A stretch of DNA of 64,000 nucleotides from Octopus bimaculoides (Eukaryota): assembly GCF_001194135.2 (NCBI RefSeq), contig NC_068984.1:25314834-25378833 (forward strand), given 5' to 3'. A model generated the notes under the pieces. The model searched no databases, was not told the DNA's origin, and saw nothing but the letters and a program-made list of their open reading frames with translations. The translations under genes and the position numbers were made by a program. Position 1 is the first letter of the stretch; each line of letters begins with the position of its first letter. This document shows, in pieces, positions 39,901 through 54,362 of the stretch.

Positions 39901-42609
39901 ACATGATATGGTCTAGTTCTTGACTAGTCATCTCAATTTCCAATTGATACATGTTTTATTGATTTGATGAGGAAACCCCCCTTTCCTCATCAAAAAAAAA
40001 AAACAACTCTTGATGCAAGTCAAACAACTCAACATTTACCAATTATACGGTTCCACATCACTGGCATCAAAAATGTCCAGGAAAATATACTGAAACATCA
40101 AAGTTAGTTACACTGTCCAACGGTGCGACGTATTTCCATTGCGGTTTGAATTATTTACATCTGTGATATATACTTTAGTTACAAAATCAGTGTATGTTTG
40201 TAGGATTTTAAGATTGCTTCACAAAGCAGTTTCATAAGGCAGTTTGGCTCACCTAAGATTATTTTTTTTTATCCCCAAAATGAAAGAACATAAGGCTAAT
40301 AACTATATGAAATAAAACAAAGTACTGAACATGGAAGCCGTGATTTAATATAAATAATGGTATGAAGCTGACTTCAAAAATGTACGGAAAGACAGTAAAG
40401 AATTATACTGTTTATAATAGATAAACTAGAAAGTGCTGCATACCTTTACTACTGTTGGTGCAAGAGTTATAAAATGTTCTAGTAGGTTTACTGTCAATTA
40501 TTTTAGCTCATACAGGAGAGGCAGACATGTCTTACTCCTTCTTACTCCTTTCCCTATTCCACCCCTGCTTTTACATTAATACTTTTGCTACCATATAATG
40601 CTAGTAGTGCTCATTCAAGTGATGGCTTAAACATTTTATTCTCCTTATTTATTACTATTTCTGATGTATTTATGTATTTTTATTGTCACTCATCTGTTTG
40701 GCACATTATTCCATATACTTTCAACCCCTACTCTTCCTACCTCTTTTACGTTTTCACCCTGCTACCCAAAATATTTACCTGCCTGGCCTAAAGTTACAGA
40801 AGTAAGATTTCCATGTGAATGATTAGTCTTCACTATGTATACTTAATTGACCACAATCACCACGCTACCGCCGCCACCATCACCACAATCACTGCAACTG
40901 TCACCACCACTACCACCGCTGGTAGCATTTAACAGCATAGGTAGTATGGGTAATTAATTATTAGAACTGCCATTTAGTTGGAAAACTTTTGCATGCAACC
41001 AGTGAAGAAGAGGGAAAGGAGAGAAAAGAAAGAAATGGAGACAAAAGTAAATAAGAAAAAAAAATAGGAAAAGAACAGAAAGCAGTTACCCCTGGATGGT
41101 GTTCAATGTTTATCAACTTAACATGGAACATTCTTTCTCAGCATATCTAAAATAGGAAGCATTCATTATGTTGCACTACATATGCTAGCATAGCTATAAA
41201 ACGCTATGGATCATAAAGCAGAAAGGAAAAGCACATGTGATGGGGATTTTATGGAGAAAAATACTCTTGTTCTAGATACCTACAGAAGAACACTAAATGA
41301 GATTTTTGTAGACTGGATGCCTCTAAATGGATGAGGAAGCAAAAACAACAATGACAAAAATGTGTTAATGAGAAGTCACACATGTTTGATAATTCAAAAT
41401 TAATGTCATTTCTAGAGTCTCAAAACGAAAAAACAAATACTTTTAGAAAGTAGCTTTTGAACTGAGACCAACTTTGTGTTTTATATCCAATATCAGTGTT
41501 ACCTTAATGGTTTTTAACAGTAAGATCAACGTTATAACTTAATTATTGACTTAAAGAGAGGGGGGGGTCAACATGATTATTTTATGCTGAGGAGGAAGAG
41601 GGGGGATAATATGTGGTTAAGGTTAATATAAGTTCAGTCCCACTGTGCAACTCCTTGGACAAGTGTCTTCTACTGTACACCTAGGCTGGCCATTGCCTAG
41701 TGTGTAGATTTGGTAGACAGAAACTGTATGGAAGCTATTCGTGTGTGCGTGTATGTGTGTATGCACACACTCACCTTTGTTTTCCCCAGTACCACCACTT
41801 GACAACTGGTGTTGGTTTGTTTACATTCCTTTAACTTAACAGTTCAACAAAAGAAGCAATAGAATAAGTACCAGACTTTAAAAAAAGGCACAAGTACTGG
41901 GGGACCAATTTGTTCAACTAAATTCATCAAGACAGTGCCCCAGCATGGCCACAGTCCAAGTAACAAATAAAAGATAAAGACAAGATGCTGTTGTTATCTT
42001 GTAAGGGCACGTCACTATTTTGCTCAGCAAATTAGTAGACTCATTAAAAACACAAGACAAAATGACATGCAATAATAGTTCTGGGTGAGTTGAGTGAATC
42101 ATTAGCATGTTGGACACTTGTCACCATTACTTCCAGCTCCTCATGTTCTGAATTCAAATACCCCCCCCCCCCCGTTAACTTTACCTTTCATACTTTCAGG
42201 ATTAATAAAATAAAATACTAGACTGGGTAAAATCTGAGGTCAATGTAATCAACTTATTCCCCTAAAAATTGCTGGCTTTGTGCAAAAATTAGAAAGGAAT
42301 AACTGTTCTGGTTCTCTAAACACTGTGTTCAAATCCCACCAAGGCCAACTTTTTTTACTTTCATATTTTGCAGGTGTAATAAAATATCAGCCCAGAATAC
42401 TGTTTAGAGAGTGTTGGCCAAGGATGCTTGTGCTATCTGTTCCAACATTCTGCATTCTTAGACAGTAGACTTAATCCATCACCTAGTTTAACACCACCAC
42501 TACTGCTGCCACCTGGTCTTTGTGTGCCTTTTAACAGAGTTCATTCTGCTGCAAGCATTTGGGCCAAATGACCCATTTGTGGAAACTTCCTCCATCCACC
42601 TATCTAGAC

Positions 42610-43002
42610 CAGTGGTTCTCAACCAGCATGCACATAATCGGCGGGGAATCCATACAAGCAAAACAGTAAATNNNNNNNNNNNNNNNNGGGGGGGGGGGGT
42701 CCATGGTAGTATTTTAGGGGTTAATGAAAAAACTTTGCTTTAGATGTATTTATTGTAAGAAACAACTAGATTTCTTTCTCTAACACTTAAAACAGTCCAA
42801 CATGTTTCCAGCCACTGAAATGTTTTCTCAGAGAGCACTATTGCAAACATACACAAGTGAATGAGTGAGAAACAAAATAGGAATTTTGAAAGAAGTTTCT
42901 ATAAAACTAGTTTTTAAACATGAAATGGCTATGGGGGTCCACCAAAGCAAAATAGTAATCAAAGCAGTCTACAGGTAAAAAAAAAATGGTTGAGAACCAC
43001 TG
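42610..43002. mobile_element. hAT (Charlie-like) MITE containing an N-gap
   Basis: Perfect 15-bp TIR cagtggttctcaacc / ggttgagaaccactg; decayed 8-bp TSD atctagac / acatagac. Confidence 0.85.
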
Positions 43003-44527
43003 ACATAGACTATGAGGCTTTGAAAAAGTAAAGGCATGGGTACACTGGACTGTTGCCAAGAGTGGGTTAGGGCTCACAAGTCTCAGTGCCCAGTTATGAT
43101 CTATGTATGCTGTCAATAAATACTATAGGACACAGTGCCTTTGTTTACCCAGGGGCCTATAATGTTGCTATAATAAGATAGCCCTGGACACTGCACTTTC
43201 CTGTCTGACTAAATGGTAAAAACAAAAGAAAATTGATACTCCCAGTTTGGAGTTGAGCAATGATTCACATTAAGCTGTTAAAGTGTAATTTTATTTGAGG
43301 CAACAATTCATAAGAATAAGCAACAAAACGCTATCACAATAAAAACTGATGTAACATTAAAATTAAAATAAAAATAACAACAAATTTTTGAACTCTCAGA
43401 ATCTTTTGTAATTCCAGCTTCTTTTCAGACAGATTAATGATGTTATTGAGACCAGATTAGAAGTCATTCAGATTCCTCTCTAAATATAGATCTAGTATCA
43501 TCGTTTTTGTCATCAATACATGCTGATTCCTCTCAGAAACAAAGAAAAGACTTGTGTACTTAGAACCATTTCTCAGTTTAGTTTAACTTAAAAGTTTAAA
43601 AACAAAATTAAAAGAAATATTGTATAATCTTGTTGCTTATAAAGATATACCTCAAGTTCAAATCTGTATTGAAGTCTTTGAGTTGCTTGCAGATGTATAA
43701 TGACTGATTTCTTATCAACACTCGTTAAAGAATTAATCAAGAGTTAATCCTCTTAAAAATTCTAAGCTGCTTGTAAAATGTGCAGTAGTAATCAAATATT
43801 CTGGAAATATCTGCAACCTTTATGAAGTTTAACGTCTGTCGTTATTCTTTCCTCCATGCATGTAAGAGAGGGGAGATTGTGCACATATGCAAGTGCAGTG
43901 ATAGTTAGTTGAACATATTTTTGTCAAGAAAAGAAAAAAAACATTCAGTGCATGACATTAAATTGATTTCTTTTAGAGTCGCCTATTTAATAATCATTCT
44001 TGATTGGTTACTGCTTCACTTTCCAATAGGAAATAGTATATGCATAGTATAAATTGTGCATCTTTTTTTGATAAAAGCATTTATTTTCAGATAGTGGAGA
44101 CAGTAACAAGATATTGTAACATATATTTTTTAAAATGCATTACAAAAGCCATATAATTTTCGTTACATCTATTCTTGGAGTAAATTTCCTTTTTATATAA
44201 AAAAAATGAACTATACAGAAATAATAGCTGATTGAATGGGAAAACTAATACATAGGTTTTAATGAATTTCTTAACACAATTCATGCTCATACTAGTTTAT
44301 TTATCTATATATAATTTAATTTCAATACTGGTTCTACGTTTGTGAGTGACAGAACAATTGAAAGATAAAATAATTGGTTCTCTAACAAACTATTCTAACA
44401 TTATAGCACTTATAAAATAAATATCAACCAAGTAACAGATTGGGAACCATAAACATTTTCCTTTGAGACTGGCATCACTCACAACGTTTTCAGTATGTAA
44501 TCCATTCAAATTTGCTAATTCTTGTGC

Positions 44528-44567
<40 letters not shown>

Positions 44568-44599
44568 ATATTGCTGTGCATCTGCCAGTATATAAAATA

Positions 44600-45300
44600 C
44601 AACCACATTTTACCCTCTCTCTCCAATAATCCTGTGCCTCATAAGGCAAGCCACGACCTAACCAAGCACTACTACACAACGCACTTGAAAACTGCGCTCT
44701 CCCCCCACTACCGCACCGAAAGAAATATATCGAAGAAAGAAAAAGGAGGTGTCTTGTATGGAAAACAAAGCAAGAAACTTGCACGTAGATATTTTTCAAT
44801 AGATTTTACTGCAGTCAGAAATATTTCGCGCTGCAAAGTGCATTTTACCTGCTGAGTTAAAACGTTAATTTAGTAATACAGATCGACTAAAATGGAAAAA
44901 AAGAAAACTGCGTAAAAAAAACACAAATCTAAGGGAACAATTGTTCTTATAAGGGAAGTAACTCTTTCTTTACTGGCGGCCTTGACAATTGATAAAATAT
45001 TTCACTAACAAACTTTTTCAAGTACAGGTTGACTTTACATACTACACAAACATGATCCTGTAATTTAATCTGATAATCAGTAAGTGAAAACCAAGAAGTG
45101 TTAGTTAATTAAAGTCTGTGTGTGGGGGTCCCTTGTATATCAAGTAGGAGAATATTGGGGATGGGGGATTCCTCGTATATTAAGCAGTTCTTTTTCACTC
45201 AACAATTTAAGCTGTTGCTACATAAAAGAAACGTAAATAAATATTAGCATGTTCCATTTAGAACCATGCTAACGCGAAAACCACAAAAAGTGTGTGCCTG
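44600..45300. promoter_or_regulatory. CpG-retaining promoter-like patch; possible minus-strand 5' UTR exon donor near 44849
   Basis: CpG clusters (gcaccgaa, tttcgcgc, tggcggcc); minus strand reads CAGCAG|gtaaaa at about 44849. Confidence 0.25.
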
Positions 45301-45479
45301 TGTGTATATGCAAGCATAAGCAAACTTTTATCCGTGTGTGTTTGTATGCAGGTAAGTATGTTTTAAGTTTACGTATATTTAGCTTCTGAATGCCCAGCAG
45401 GAGTAGAATTCTTATTTTAGGCACAGATCACAAGCACGATAGCTAATGCATGAGGCATGAAAAGGGTGTTATTCTCTAT

Positions 45480-45835
45480 GCACATGCACACATGTATGGA
45501 AAAAGTAATGGGATCCAAGAAAAGTATTTGATGGGTATACATTCTATTGCACAACAACATAAGCTTTTGCATTGTTGCAGCTTTTGTAGAAGAAAAGGGT
45601 TTTCTTAGGCTTGGTCTTTGATGCAGAATGTTTTTTCTTCTTTTCCAACGCCTACACAAAGGCAAAGGGATGATTTTCTTTTTAGAAATTATATTGAAGA
45701 TTTAATGGATCTTGGTGAGAGTAACTTCCAAGAAATTCATTGAGAAATTGCAGAGTAATATCAGAGAAAGGCACAAGAAGTCATGTTTATCAGTTATTTC
45801 AAAGGAGATAAAACATATTCACATCATTTTGACCA
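45480..45835 (+). pseudogene. Possible highly decayed mariner transposase C-terminus
   Basis: Across frames: LLHNN..VAAFVEEKG / DDFLF / ..YFKGDK, loosely like LLHDN..FL..KG / CDFFLF / G.YFEGD. Many stops; weak. Confidence 0.3.
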
Positions 45836-47769
45836 GAATATTTCCTAAGGATAGTAGAAAAATGAATGAGAATATTGAAACCATGTATTAATAACATAAG
45901 CTCTGGCTCAACATTAGTCTGTGTGTTTTTGTTTGATTCTTAGATGAGTTTAATGCTCTCCATCTATTTGTGCCTTGATATCATGTACACACATATTCAT
46001 ATGTGTTGGGCACTTTTTCTAGAGTAGTCTGTGTGCATGCACATGTGTGTGTATGTAGGAGGATGCGTCTGTTACAGAGTGAAATTAGAGAAAAATAATA
46101 TATTTTGACTTACATGAAGATTTCTAAATGTTCTTACTTACCTAGAAATAAAAGAAAAATAAAGTTTAAAATATTTTTTTACACAAACATCAAATTAAAA
46201 GATAAGAGAAAAACTATTTTATATATTATAAAAACTCGTTATTTTTTTATAGAATCAAATGATTCAGTGATAAAGCACACAATTAGTCGTTTGTTGAAGC
46301 AGTATCATAATTAGTAGAATTTTCTACTTTCAGTCAAGTAGAACTCGTCTGCTCACTGGATACTGAAAATGAAGAGAGAATTCTGTTTTTATTTTATTTG
46401 ATATCCAACTGGGAAAGTGAATTTGAAAGAAAAACTCAAATTTCGTGTTAAAATTATCAATTAACTCCTGAAATTATTTGTATTTGAAAGATTAAAAAAA
46501 AAATAATAAAAGTTTACAACAAAATAGGTATGGCTACATGGAAAGAAGTTTGCTTCCCAACCATATGGTTCTAAGTTCAGGCCCACTGTGTAGCACCCAC
46601 TATAGCCCTGGGCCAACAAAAGACTAATGAGTGTATTCAGTCAGCAGAAACTGAAAGATGCCTACCATATGTGTATGTATATCTTCGTGTATGTCTCCCT
46701 GCCACTGCTTGACAACCAGTGTTGGCTTATTTACATCCTCATAACCTAGCAGTTCAGCAAAACAGACCTATAAAGTAAGTACCAGGCTTAAAAAAAGAAA
46801 GTACTGGGATTGATTCATTCTACCGAAGCCCTTCAAGGTGGTACCCTAGCATTTCTGTAGTCCAATGACTGAAATAAGTAAAAGATAAAAAACAGAAAAA
46901 GGAAGTCTGTCCTTTTAGACAGCCTTGGGGTACAGTGGGATTGTACTTAGTTATTTCTGGTAGTCTTAAGCAGAGAAGATATCTACCACTGGACAGGATG
47001 ATAGTTTAACACGGATAACTTTCCCCAAATAGATAATAAATTGATTCAAATTGAATTAATTATCAAGTCCAAAAACAAATCATTTGCATGCTGTACTCAT
47101 TCAGCTTTAATCTAATATAAAAGTTAATTGCTTATAGGGTCATTATGTACATATATCTGGATTAGCCTTTAGACAAATTTCTGGTTCCACTTGAATACAT
47201 TCACTTCCTTGCCACACACTGCTTTCAACCAGACTTCCAAAAATAGATTTTTTCTATACCCATCTCTGTGTCTCTTTCTCTCATATACATGTGTACATAT
47301 ACGCACGTGTATGTGTGTGTGTGTAAGTTTGGTTTTGCAAATAGAAGACACAGAACCCAATCCATAAAACAGAATTAATATATTTTTCTTATTAGTCAAA
47401 ACACCACAGTAATGACTCCAGGGTCTAGAGTTTCATACTTAGCAAAGTTTGAAAAATTGGCATGGAACTTAGGACCTTGACTTCCTAAGCATCATCATCA
47501 CTCATCAATTTTCACCCAATTTCCTATGCTGGATTAGACTGGACAGATCATCACAGTCTGGGTCAGTTCTTATTCACAGTTACTGCTCTACTCAATAGGT
47601 CAACGAACCACTTATATATTCCATTTTTGGCATGGATTCTCTGGTTAGGTGTCTTTATTATCACCAGCCACTTCACAGCATGTACTGGATGCATTTTATC
47701 AGGGCACCAGCACTAATGAGGTGGTTTTGTCCTTGGCAAGACTAAAGAGTTCTCTCTGCCCTATGTTGT

Positions 47770-48340
47770 CATGCACCATCACTATCACTGCAAGCAGATA
47801 GAAGAGAAAGTGATGAAAGAGCATCAGAATGAGAGAGTGATAAAGTGTAATCAAAAGATAACCAGAGGGAAAAGAATGGGAAGATGATACTGGAAAGAAA
47901 TTAGTAGGAGTGTGATACAAGATAATTGTTAAGGAGATTGAATAGAAACAGCATTAGTGTGTGATAAAGGAAGACAGAGTGATAGCAAAGAGAGAGTACT
48001 GAGAGAGACAGCCAGACAGATGGATGGATATGACCAATGAGGTTTGGGGGGGAATGGTAGGGAGCAATGAAGTTGGATGTTGCTGAGTGGGAGTGATGGA
48101 TGTCAGTAACGAAAGATGGGAAGTGATGGTGAGGGAGAGAGTAATGACCAGCAATAAAGTAGGGGTTATAGTGAGGGATTGAATATGGAAAGATCAAATA
48201 TGATACCACTCCTCTCCTCACACAAGTAGTCTGATGGGAGAAGGAGAAAGCAATAGCAAGGGAGATATATCAATAGGATAGGGGTGGGTGGTAGATGAAA
48301 GTAATGAAGAAAAGGGTAGAGTGGTGTATAGACATGTAAT
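47770..48340. repeat. Purine-rich (GA/GT) strand-asymmetric low-complexity tract
   Basis: Plus strand is nearly devoid of C over about 570 bp; explains the L/S/H/P-rich minus-strand ORFs. Confidence 0.7.
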
Positions 48341-48628
48341 ATGATCATAGATATTACACATCCGAATCTTCATCACCACCACCATTAGTTTCAGTCACTG
48401 GTCTGCATTCATGCTGGATTTTAGTCATTCATTTCAGTCTGATACCTATTTTATTAATTTACATTCATTGAATTACATAGTTTTTCAGTGCACCAAACTT
48501 CAGCCACAAAATATTGGTCAACCGAGGCTGCAGTAGAAGGTACTAGCTTAAAGTGCTGTCTAATGGGATCAAACCTGGAAGCGCATGGTTACAAAAGAAA
48601 CTCCTTCATGATGGAGTCCATATCTGCC

Positions 48629-48800
48629 CAGCCTTGTCACATCCTGTGTCACGTTGAATATCCCCGAGAACTACGTTAAGGGTACACGTGTCTGTGGAGT
48701 GCTCAGCCACTTGCATGTTAATTTCACGAGCAGGCTGTTCCATTGATCGGATCAACTGGAACCCTCAACGTCGTAAGCGACAGAGTGCCAACAACATAAC
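48629..48800 (+). mobile_element. 5'-truncated SINE family C
   Basis: Near-identical to the 3' half of 16832-17219. Confidence 0.85.
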
Positions 48801-49271
48801 ATGAGCATAAAAATAAAACAACTATGCTGTTTTAGTAGCTGTTTTACTTATGGGTATATTTAGGGTAACAATTCCAAATGTACAAATTTTGCCGTCAGTT
48901 CTAGTTTTGAAGATACTGCATACCCTTTTTTAATAAGTTGACATATTCACTGATGCACTGAAATTAAGACTCCAACTGAACCTTACATTTCAGTGCCTTA
49001 GAAGTTAAGTTATTCTTTGGGTGTATTGTGGTAGTGACTAAAAAAAATTAAAACATTCAGTTTTGATTAACTAATAATGCTCAGCTATTCTTCTACTGAA
49101 TTTATCCCTAATGACACTTTTCTCCTTACTAAAATCATTAAGCTTTTTAAAAAGATCTAAATGCCTGTGAAAGCAAGGGACCTTGACATTCATATTAAAG
49201 CAAAGCTTATTAGAAGTGAAGAGCAAGTGTTCGTGGTTGCCAAAGGGAATTTTTGACAAATAGTATGGGGG

Positions 49272-49496
49272 GAGGGATGCTGAAAAGTTCTTGCCCTTAA
49301 GGGTATTGTAAAAGGCCTGGTTGGAGGCCCAACCTTCAAACTTCTTTTACAGTGCTTAGAAAAACTGAAGGACTGCTGCAATAAGTGTGTGAATCAGAGA
49401 TGGGAATATAGATCAACTAAAATAAAATAACTGATCCTCCTGTATTTTCTTTTATTTCCAATATTTCCAAAGCCAGGAACTTTTCAGCAACCCCTC
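49272..49496 (+). mobile_element. Mariner-derived MITE
   Basis: TIRs gagggatgctgaaaagttcttg / ccaggaacttttcagcaacccctc; internal LEKLKDCCNKCVNQRWEY resembles the mariner C-terminus. Confidence 0.75.
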
Positions 49497-49922
49497 TCTC
49501 TTCTGCACAAGCATGTGTGTGTGTGTGATTTTTCAGCACCAATGCACCAACTCAGTGCTGTCAAATGACTACGAAATGTGTGGAGTTTTGTAAGTTCTTT
49601 TATCTAAAAGTCATCAAAAATCCCTGCTTTAAGTTTTTCGTGTTTTGTCAAGAGAATTTATTGCATCAGAAGCCAAAAGTAGACACCAACTCTGTACAAT
49701 TCCGTTCCTCCAAGTTTTGGGGCTAAAATAAATTGATTTAGTAATATATGGTTTATTCTAATAGGAAATGAATTAACAGCATTAATTGGAGTTGATAGGA
49801 CAAAACTAGTGTGATATTTACCAAATAATATCAAAAATAGATGTATATGCTAAAAGCATCAATATGTGTGCTGGCTAGTGTAATATAAAAACATGGCTGC
49901 AGTTCAATGATGGAAACAAGAT

Positions 49923-49994
<72 letters not shown>

Positions 49995-50778
49995 GCGCAT
50001 GCATAAACAATTTCAGCATTTAACAGGTTTGCCTAAAATATACTTAATTTCTATGCCTTAATGAAAAGAAATTGAAAAATTCTTTAGATTTTAGAATCAA
50101 CATAATGAGAATTACAGGTTTCAAAGAGTCCAGTTTGCAACATGTTACCAGGGGTTCACAACTACAGAATAAAACTGAAACATTTCACTGTTTATTTCAA
50201 ATGGCTTGTTCTGGTTGATCTATACTTGTAGCCTTCACATGCTCCCCAAGACTATTGAAGTTGAAGTGTTTGTTGTTCTTGAACAACTGCAAGGAAACAT
50301 GCTGAGAAAGGTTTCCAAAGTTGATGTTTTGGAGAAGGACAAAGGGTAATCATTAGTGAGAGTAGCAAGAGTTGGCACAATGTGGGTGCCAAGAGAAGAG
50401 CATAGTGAAATGTGTGCCCAAGGGAGGTGACACAAGAACAGCCAGTGCATTATAAAGCTGATGTTCTAGAAGACTAGACATAGAAATGAGAGCAGCTGGA
50501 TGTTGACATAACAGGAGTGCCTAGAAGTAGAGAGAGACACAAGTGAAATAGGTGTGCTGAGGTGAAGGTGTATGTAGGTGACATAAGACCAACTAGCACC
50601 AAGAGGCAGAGGTCACACGAGTAGCTTGGGGAGGGGGGAGTGAACATAGTACGGAGGCAAGAATGTCTGTTGAGCAGAGGTTGGAGTTGCTCTATGTCAA
50701 TCATGCTGTAAAAATTGAAACACTATGACTATAGTTTTAGTTTTCATACAGACATTAAAAAAACGTTAGTTACATCCC

Positions 50779-50976
50779 TATTATTCTTTTCTACTCTAGG
50801 CACAAGGCCCGAAAATTTGGGGGAGAGAGGCCAGTCTATTAGATCGACCTCAGTACGCAACTGATACTTAATTCATCGACCCCGAATGGATGAAAGGCAA
50901 AGTCGACGTAAAAACAGACGAAATACCGCTAAGCATTTCGCCCGGCGTGCTTTCGTTTCTGCCAGCTCGCCGCCTT
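50779..50976 (-). mobile_element. SINE family A with internal deletion, CpGs retained
   Basis: gtcgac joined directly to gtaaaaacagacg, losing the B-box segment present in other copies. Confidence 0.8.
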
Positions 50977-51699
50977 AGAAATGTGACTATTATTATATTT
51001 GTAAGGACCCCTTCTATGCCCACATTTATCAAGAGGAATACAGACTGCTTTAAATTAATTTTGAAAGTAATCAAATGCTTAGAGAGAGATTTAATAAAAT
51101 GCATAACCTCTTCAAAATGAAGCTTGTGTTTAAACCAAAATTAAAAACAAAGCTCCTAACATAAAATATGAAAGATAGTTCTAATTTAAATATGGACATT
51201 TTAAAAAGAAATGGTTAGGTATCGAATAACAAAAAGGGGAAATTCAATCGTGCGACAGTATCGTTTCCGAAATATTTATTTCCCCCCCAAAAATTTAGTA
51301 TATTCGGAATCTACATGTTATAACGTATATTCAAGAAAATTTCATTTTAAAAATACCCATTTTTTCTGAAAGTTATAATNNNNNNNNNNNNNNNNNNNNN
51401 NNNNNNNNNNNNNNNNNNNNNNNNNNNNNNNNNNNNNNNNNNNNNNNNNNNNNNNNNNNNNNNNNNNNNNNNNNNNNNNNNNNNNNNNNNNNNNNNNNNN
51501 NNNNNNNNNNNNNNNNNNNNNNNNNNNNNNNNNNNNNNNNNNNNNNNNNNNNNNNTATATATAAAGCCTAATGCAGAACAAACGTGTCTTTTTTTTAAGT
51601 ATCAGCAACAAGTAATTATGTAAACAATATGAAATGGTTATCTTTACAAAATCTAGCCATTAGATTGTATGAAGTATCGTCATGTTAGGCTCAACTATT

Positions 51700-53700
51700 T
51701 TTGGTATAATTGTAGCCTTGTCAGAAAATCAATAATATTTGGTAATTAAGATCGGAACATTGATTTTTAGCATAACGTATTGGATTAAAATCACAATATA
51801 TGTACAGCTTTACTCATACGAAAAAAAAGAAAAAAAGATACGTGTAAACACGTGTTGGAGTGCCAACATTTTATAGAATGGAAAAGAAAAATGATTTCGA
51901 TGACTCACTAAATTCCAAAAGTGATCAGAATTGAAGCTGCTGCTATCAGAGATGAACTATGCATGGACATTTGTGTGTACACACAGTCGCGCATGCGAGC
52001 GTACTAACATATTTCCCTACTTTTTGAAACACATTATAGAAAGAAGATATGTAATAAAGTGCCGGAATCCAAGTTCACAACAAATTAAGTGTATAATGTG
52101 TTAAGTGCGAGATAACAGAGCTCTATAATGAGTTTTAATATTTCCGGAAGGCAAACGTGAACTTCACACTAAATTAATTAATACCAGCACATTTGCTGAA
52201 ATTTGTTTTATTCATACATTATGGAGATATTCTAAAAATTAAGACTTTTATAGATCATTAGACTGTCTTGAATCAGCCAAATAAATTTTCATGCGGATAC
52301 ATTAGAAGATGTAGCATATTTGTCAACTTTCTTTATGCCGGCTGTTAGTGTCTTCGTTTCACTTTTCAAAACACGGAACAGGTACAGCAAGTACTGTAAA
52401 TAAATCAATTTGAATGCTTATTCTTTATAAAGTGATTTAGATAATTAACTCATTAACGACAATAATATATTTTTTTAATTATTTTCATACAAGTACATAA
52501 GAACTATAAAACAAGGAATGTGAATGTGAGTGCACGCACGTCGTGTGTGTTCTAAAACAAGCATGTTTGTGCATATGTTTGGGTAATTATGTTATTATCA
52601 AATGCTAATTTGAGAGAATATCTAGATAATAAACTAATTATAATACATACTTATGAGACGGTGAAAATTTCTCTGTTACTAAGTCGAGTAACCAATTAGA
52701 GAGAGAGGGGGGAGGAAGTGGGGAAAGAGTTTGTGAGCGCACGCTTGGTCCCGCGAGTACATTCTCTCTTACTCAAAATAAACTTTACACCTTTTAAAAC
52801 GCCAAAGTAAAAATTGGCATATATCAGTATTATTTCCTCTTGTTTTGTTTTAAAAAAATCTAATGAATATTCAAATAACTTAATTTTCAGCACTCGTCTG
52901 ATACATAAAATATATACTTTTATCGAGAAGGTTACTATACGTTATTTCTCTTTTCTATTTAGAATTTTTCAAGCTCGGTTCGAAAATTAGTAATATAAAC
53001 GAGAGATATATACGAGATAATCAAAGAGGGAACACCTTTATTCAGCAACACGATATATTTTATAACCAGACCCGCTGCCATCATATATACAACACTACCA
53101 CCCTCTCCCTATCTAAATATATTTTCCTTTCATGTGTGTAGCCTTTTCATTATAGTTTCGGTAAAGCTGCAGAAACAGTTTACCATTATCTATTTTATTT
53201 TCTTTTGTTTTCAACTTTTCTCCTTTCTATAAACGCAGTTTTGGAGTCTGTTTAACGGCTTGCAACTCGTTTAATTAGGGGGAGTGGTAGTAGAAATCAA
53301 AGAATAAACCTATTAAGCAGCAAGTTTTGTCTGCTCTGTTGAGAAGGTAGGAAGAGTACAGAAGTGGCGGCAGGGGGAGGGCTTAAAAACGTGGGAGAAC
53401 TGCTAGTTATCAATCAACATTAGCATCAACATTGCTATCAATAGCAGAAAGGCAGCAACAACGGTTTGTTAGGCATGGTACTCTTGCTAATAGTGGGAAA
53501 GGGAGGGACAGAGCACAAAGAAAAGGGATTGGAAGAACGAATTGAGAATGATGCAAGGGATAAATTGACTCATAGCAGAAGAAAGCACTTGAGGAAAGAA
53601 TTTTTCTGATAAAGAGCAGAGAACAATAGAATGCAACATATGTAGCCGTAGCAGACTCTTGCAATAAAAGACAGACGACCCATCATACCGATATTCCTAC
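51700..53700. promoter_or_regulatory. CpG-retaining promoter-like region
   Basis: tcgcgcatgcgag (NRF1-like, ~51987), ccaat (~52692), ggaagt (~52714) and CpG clusters. Motifs are short and could be chance. Confidence 0.3.
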
Positions 53701-54285
53701 GAACACACACAGAATATAATGAATAATGATTAGGCTAAAATTATTTATGAAAGCAGCAGCATTATTATTATTTATTTATTTTTAACATAAATAAATATAT
53801 AAAACAGCAAAGCATGCAAATTCAGTATTGAAAATATCAATGGCAATGACCAGAAAATCATATTCAAGGAAAAAATAATAGTATAGTACAGCCATAAAAT
53901 CTAAGTATACAGATCTATTAAGACCATTCTGATATAGAAATGATATAGTTGGAAGGCCCTTCAAAAAAGGTGGAGCAGAAGTATGTGTGCGTGTGTGTTA
54001 AATACGTAATCACTATTGAAACAGTAAAGAAATTAGGCAATTGGCCAAATAGAATTTATAAACTTTTTTTTTTTCTATCTTAATGCTCTAAGTGTTTATC
54101 ACATACATTTATACATAGACAGTGTAAAATATGGATAGAATATAGCTAACAGAAAGCTGAAATAGATATTTTACAAAATTTGAAGTTCAATATCTCAAGA
54201 ATTCAAAGTTCAAAAGGCCCCTGGAGCTAATTTGGCTTTTATCTTTCCAGAGTTAGGAGCAAATAAATTGATTATATCTCCAATT

Positions 54286-54322
<37 letters not shown>

Positions 54323-54324
54323 CA

Positions 54325-54362
<38 letters not shown>

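Noticed and set aside
50230-50705. Possible Penelope-like RT relic (LGTHIVPTLATL resembling MGT..AP.YA.L)
   Set aside because: One loose motif only, with no catalytic motif recognisable; too weak to call.
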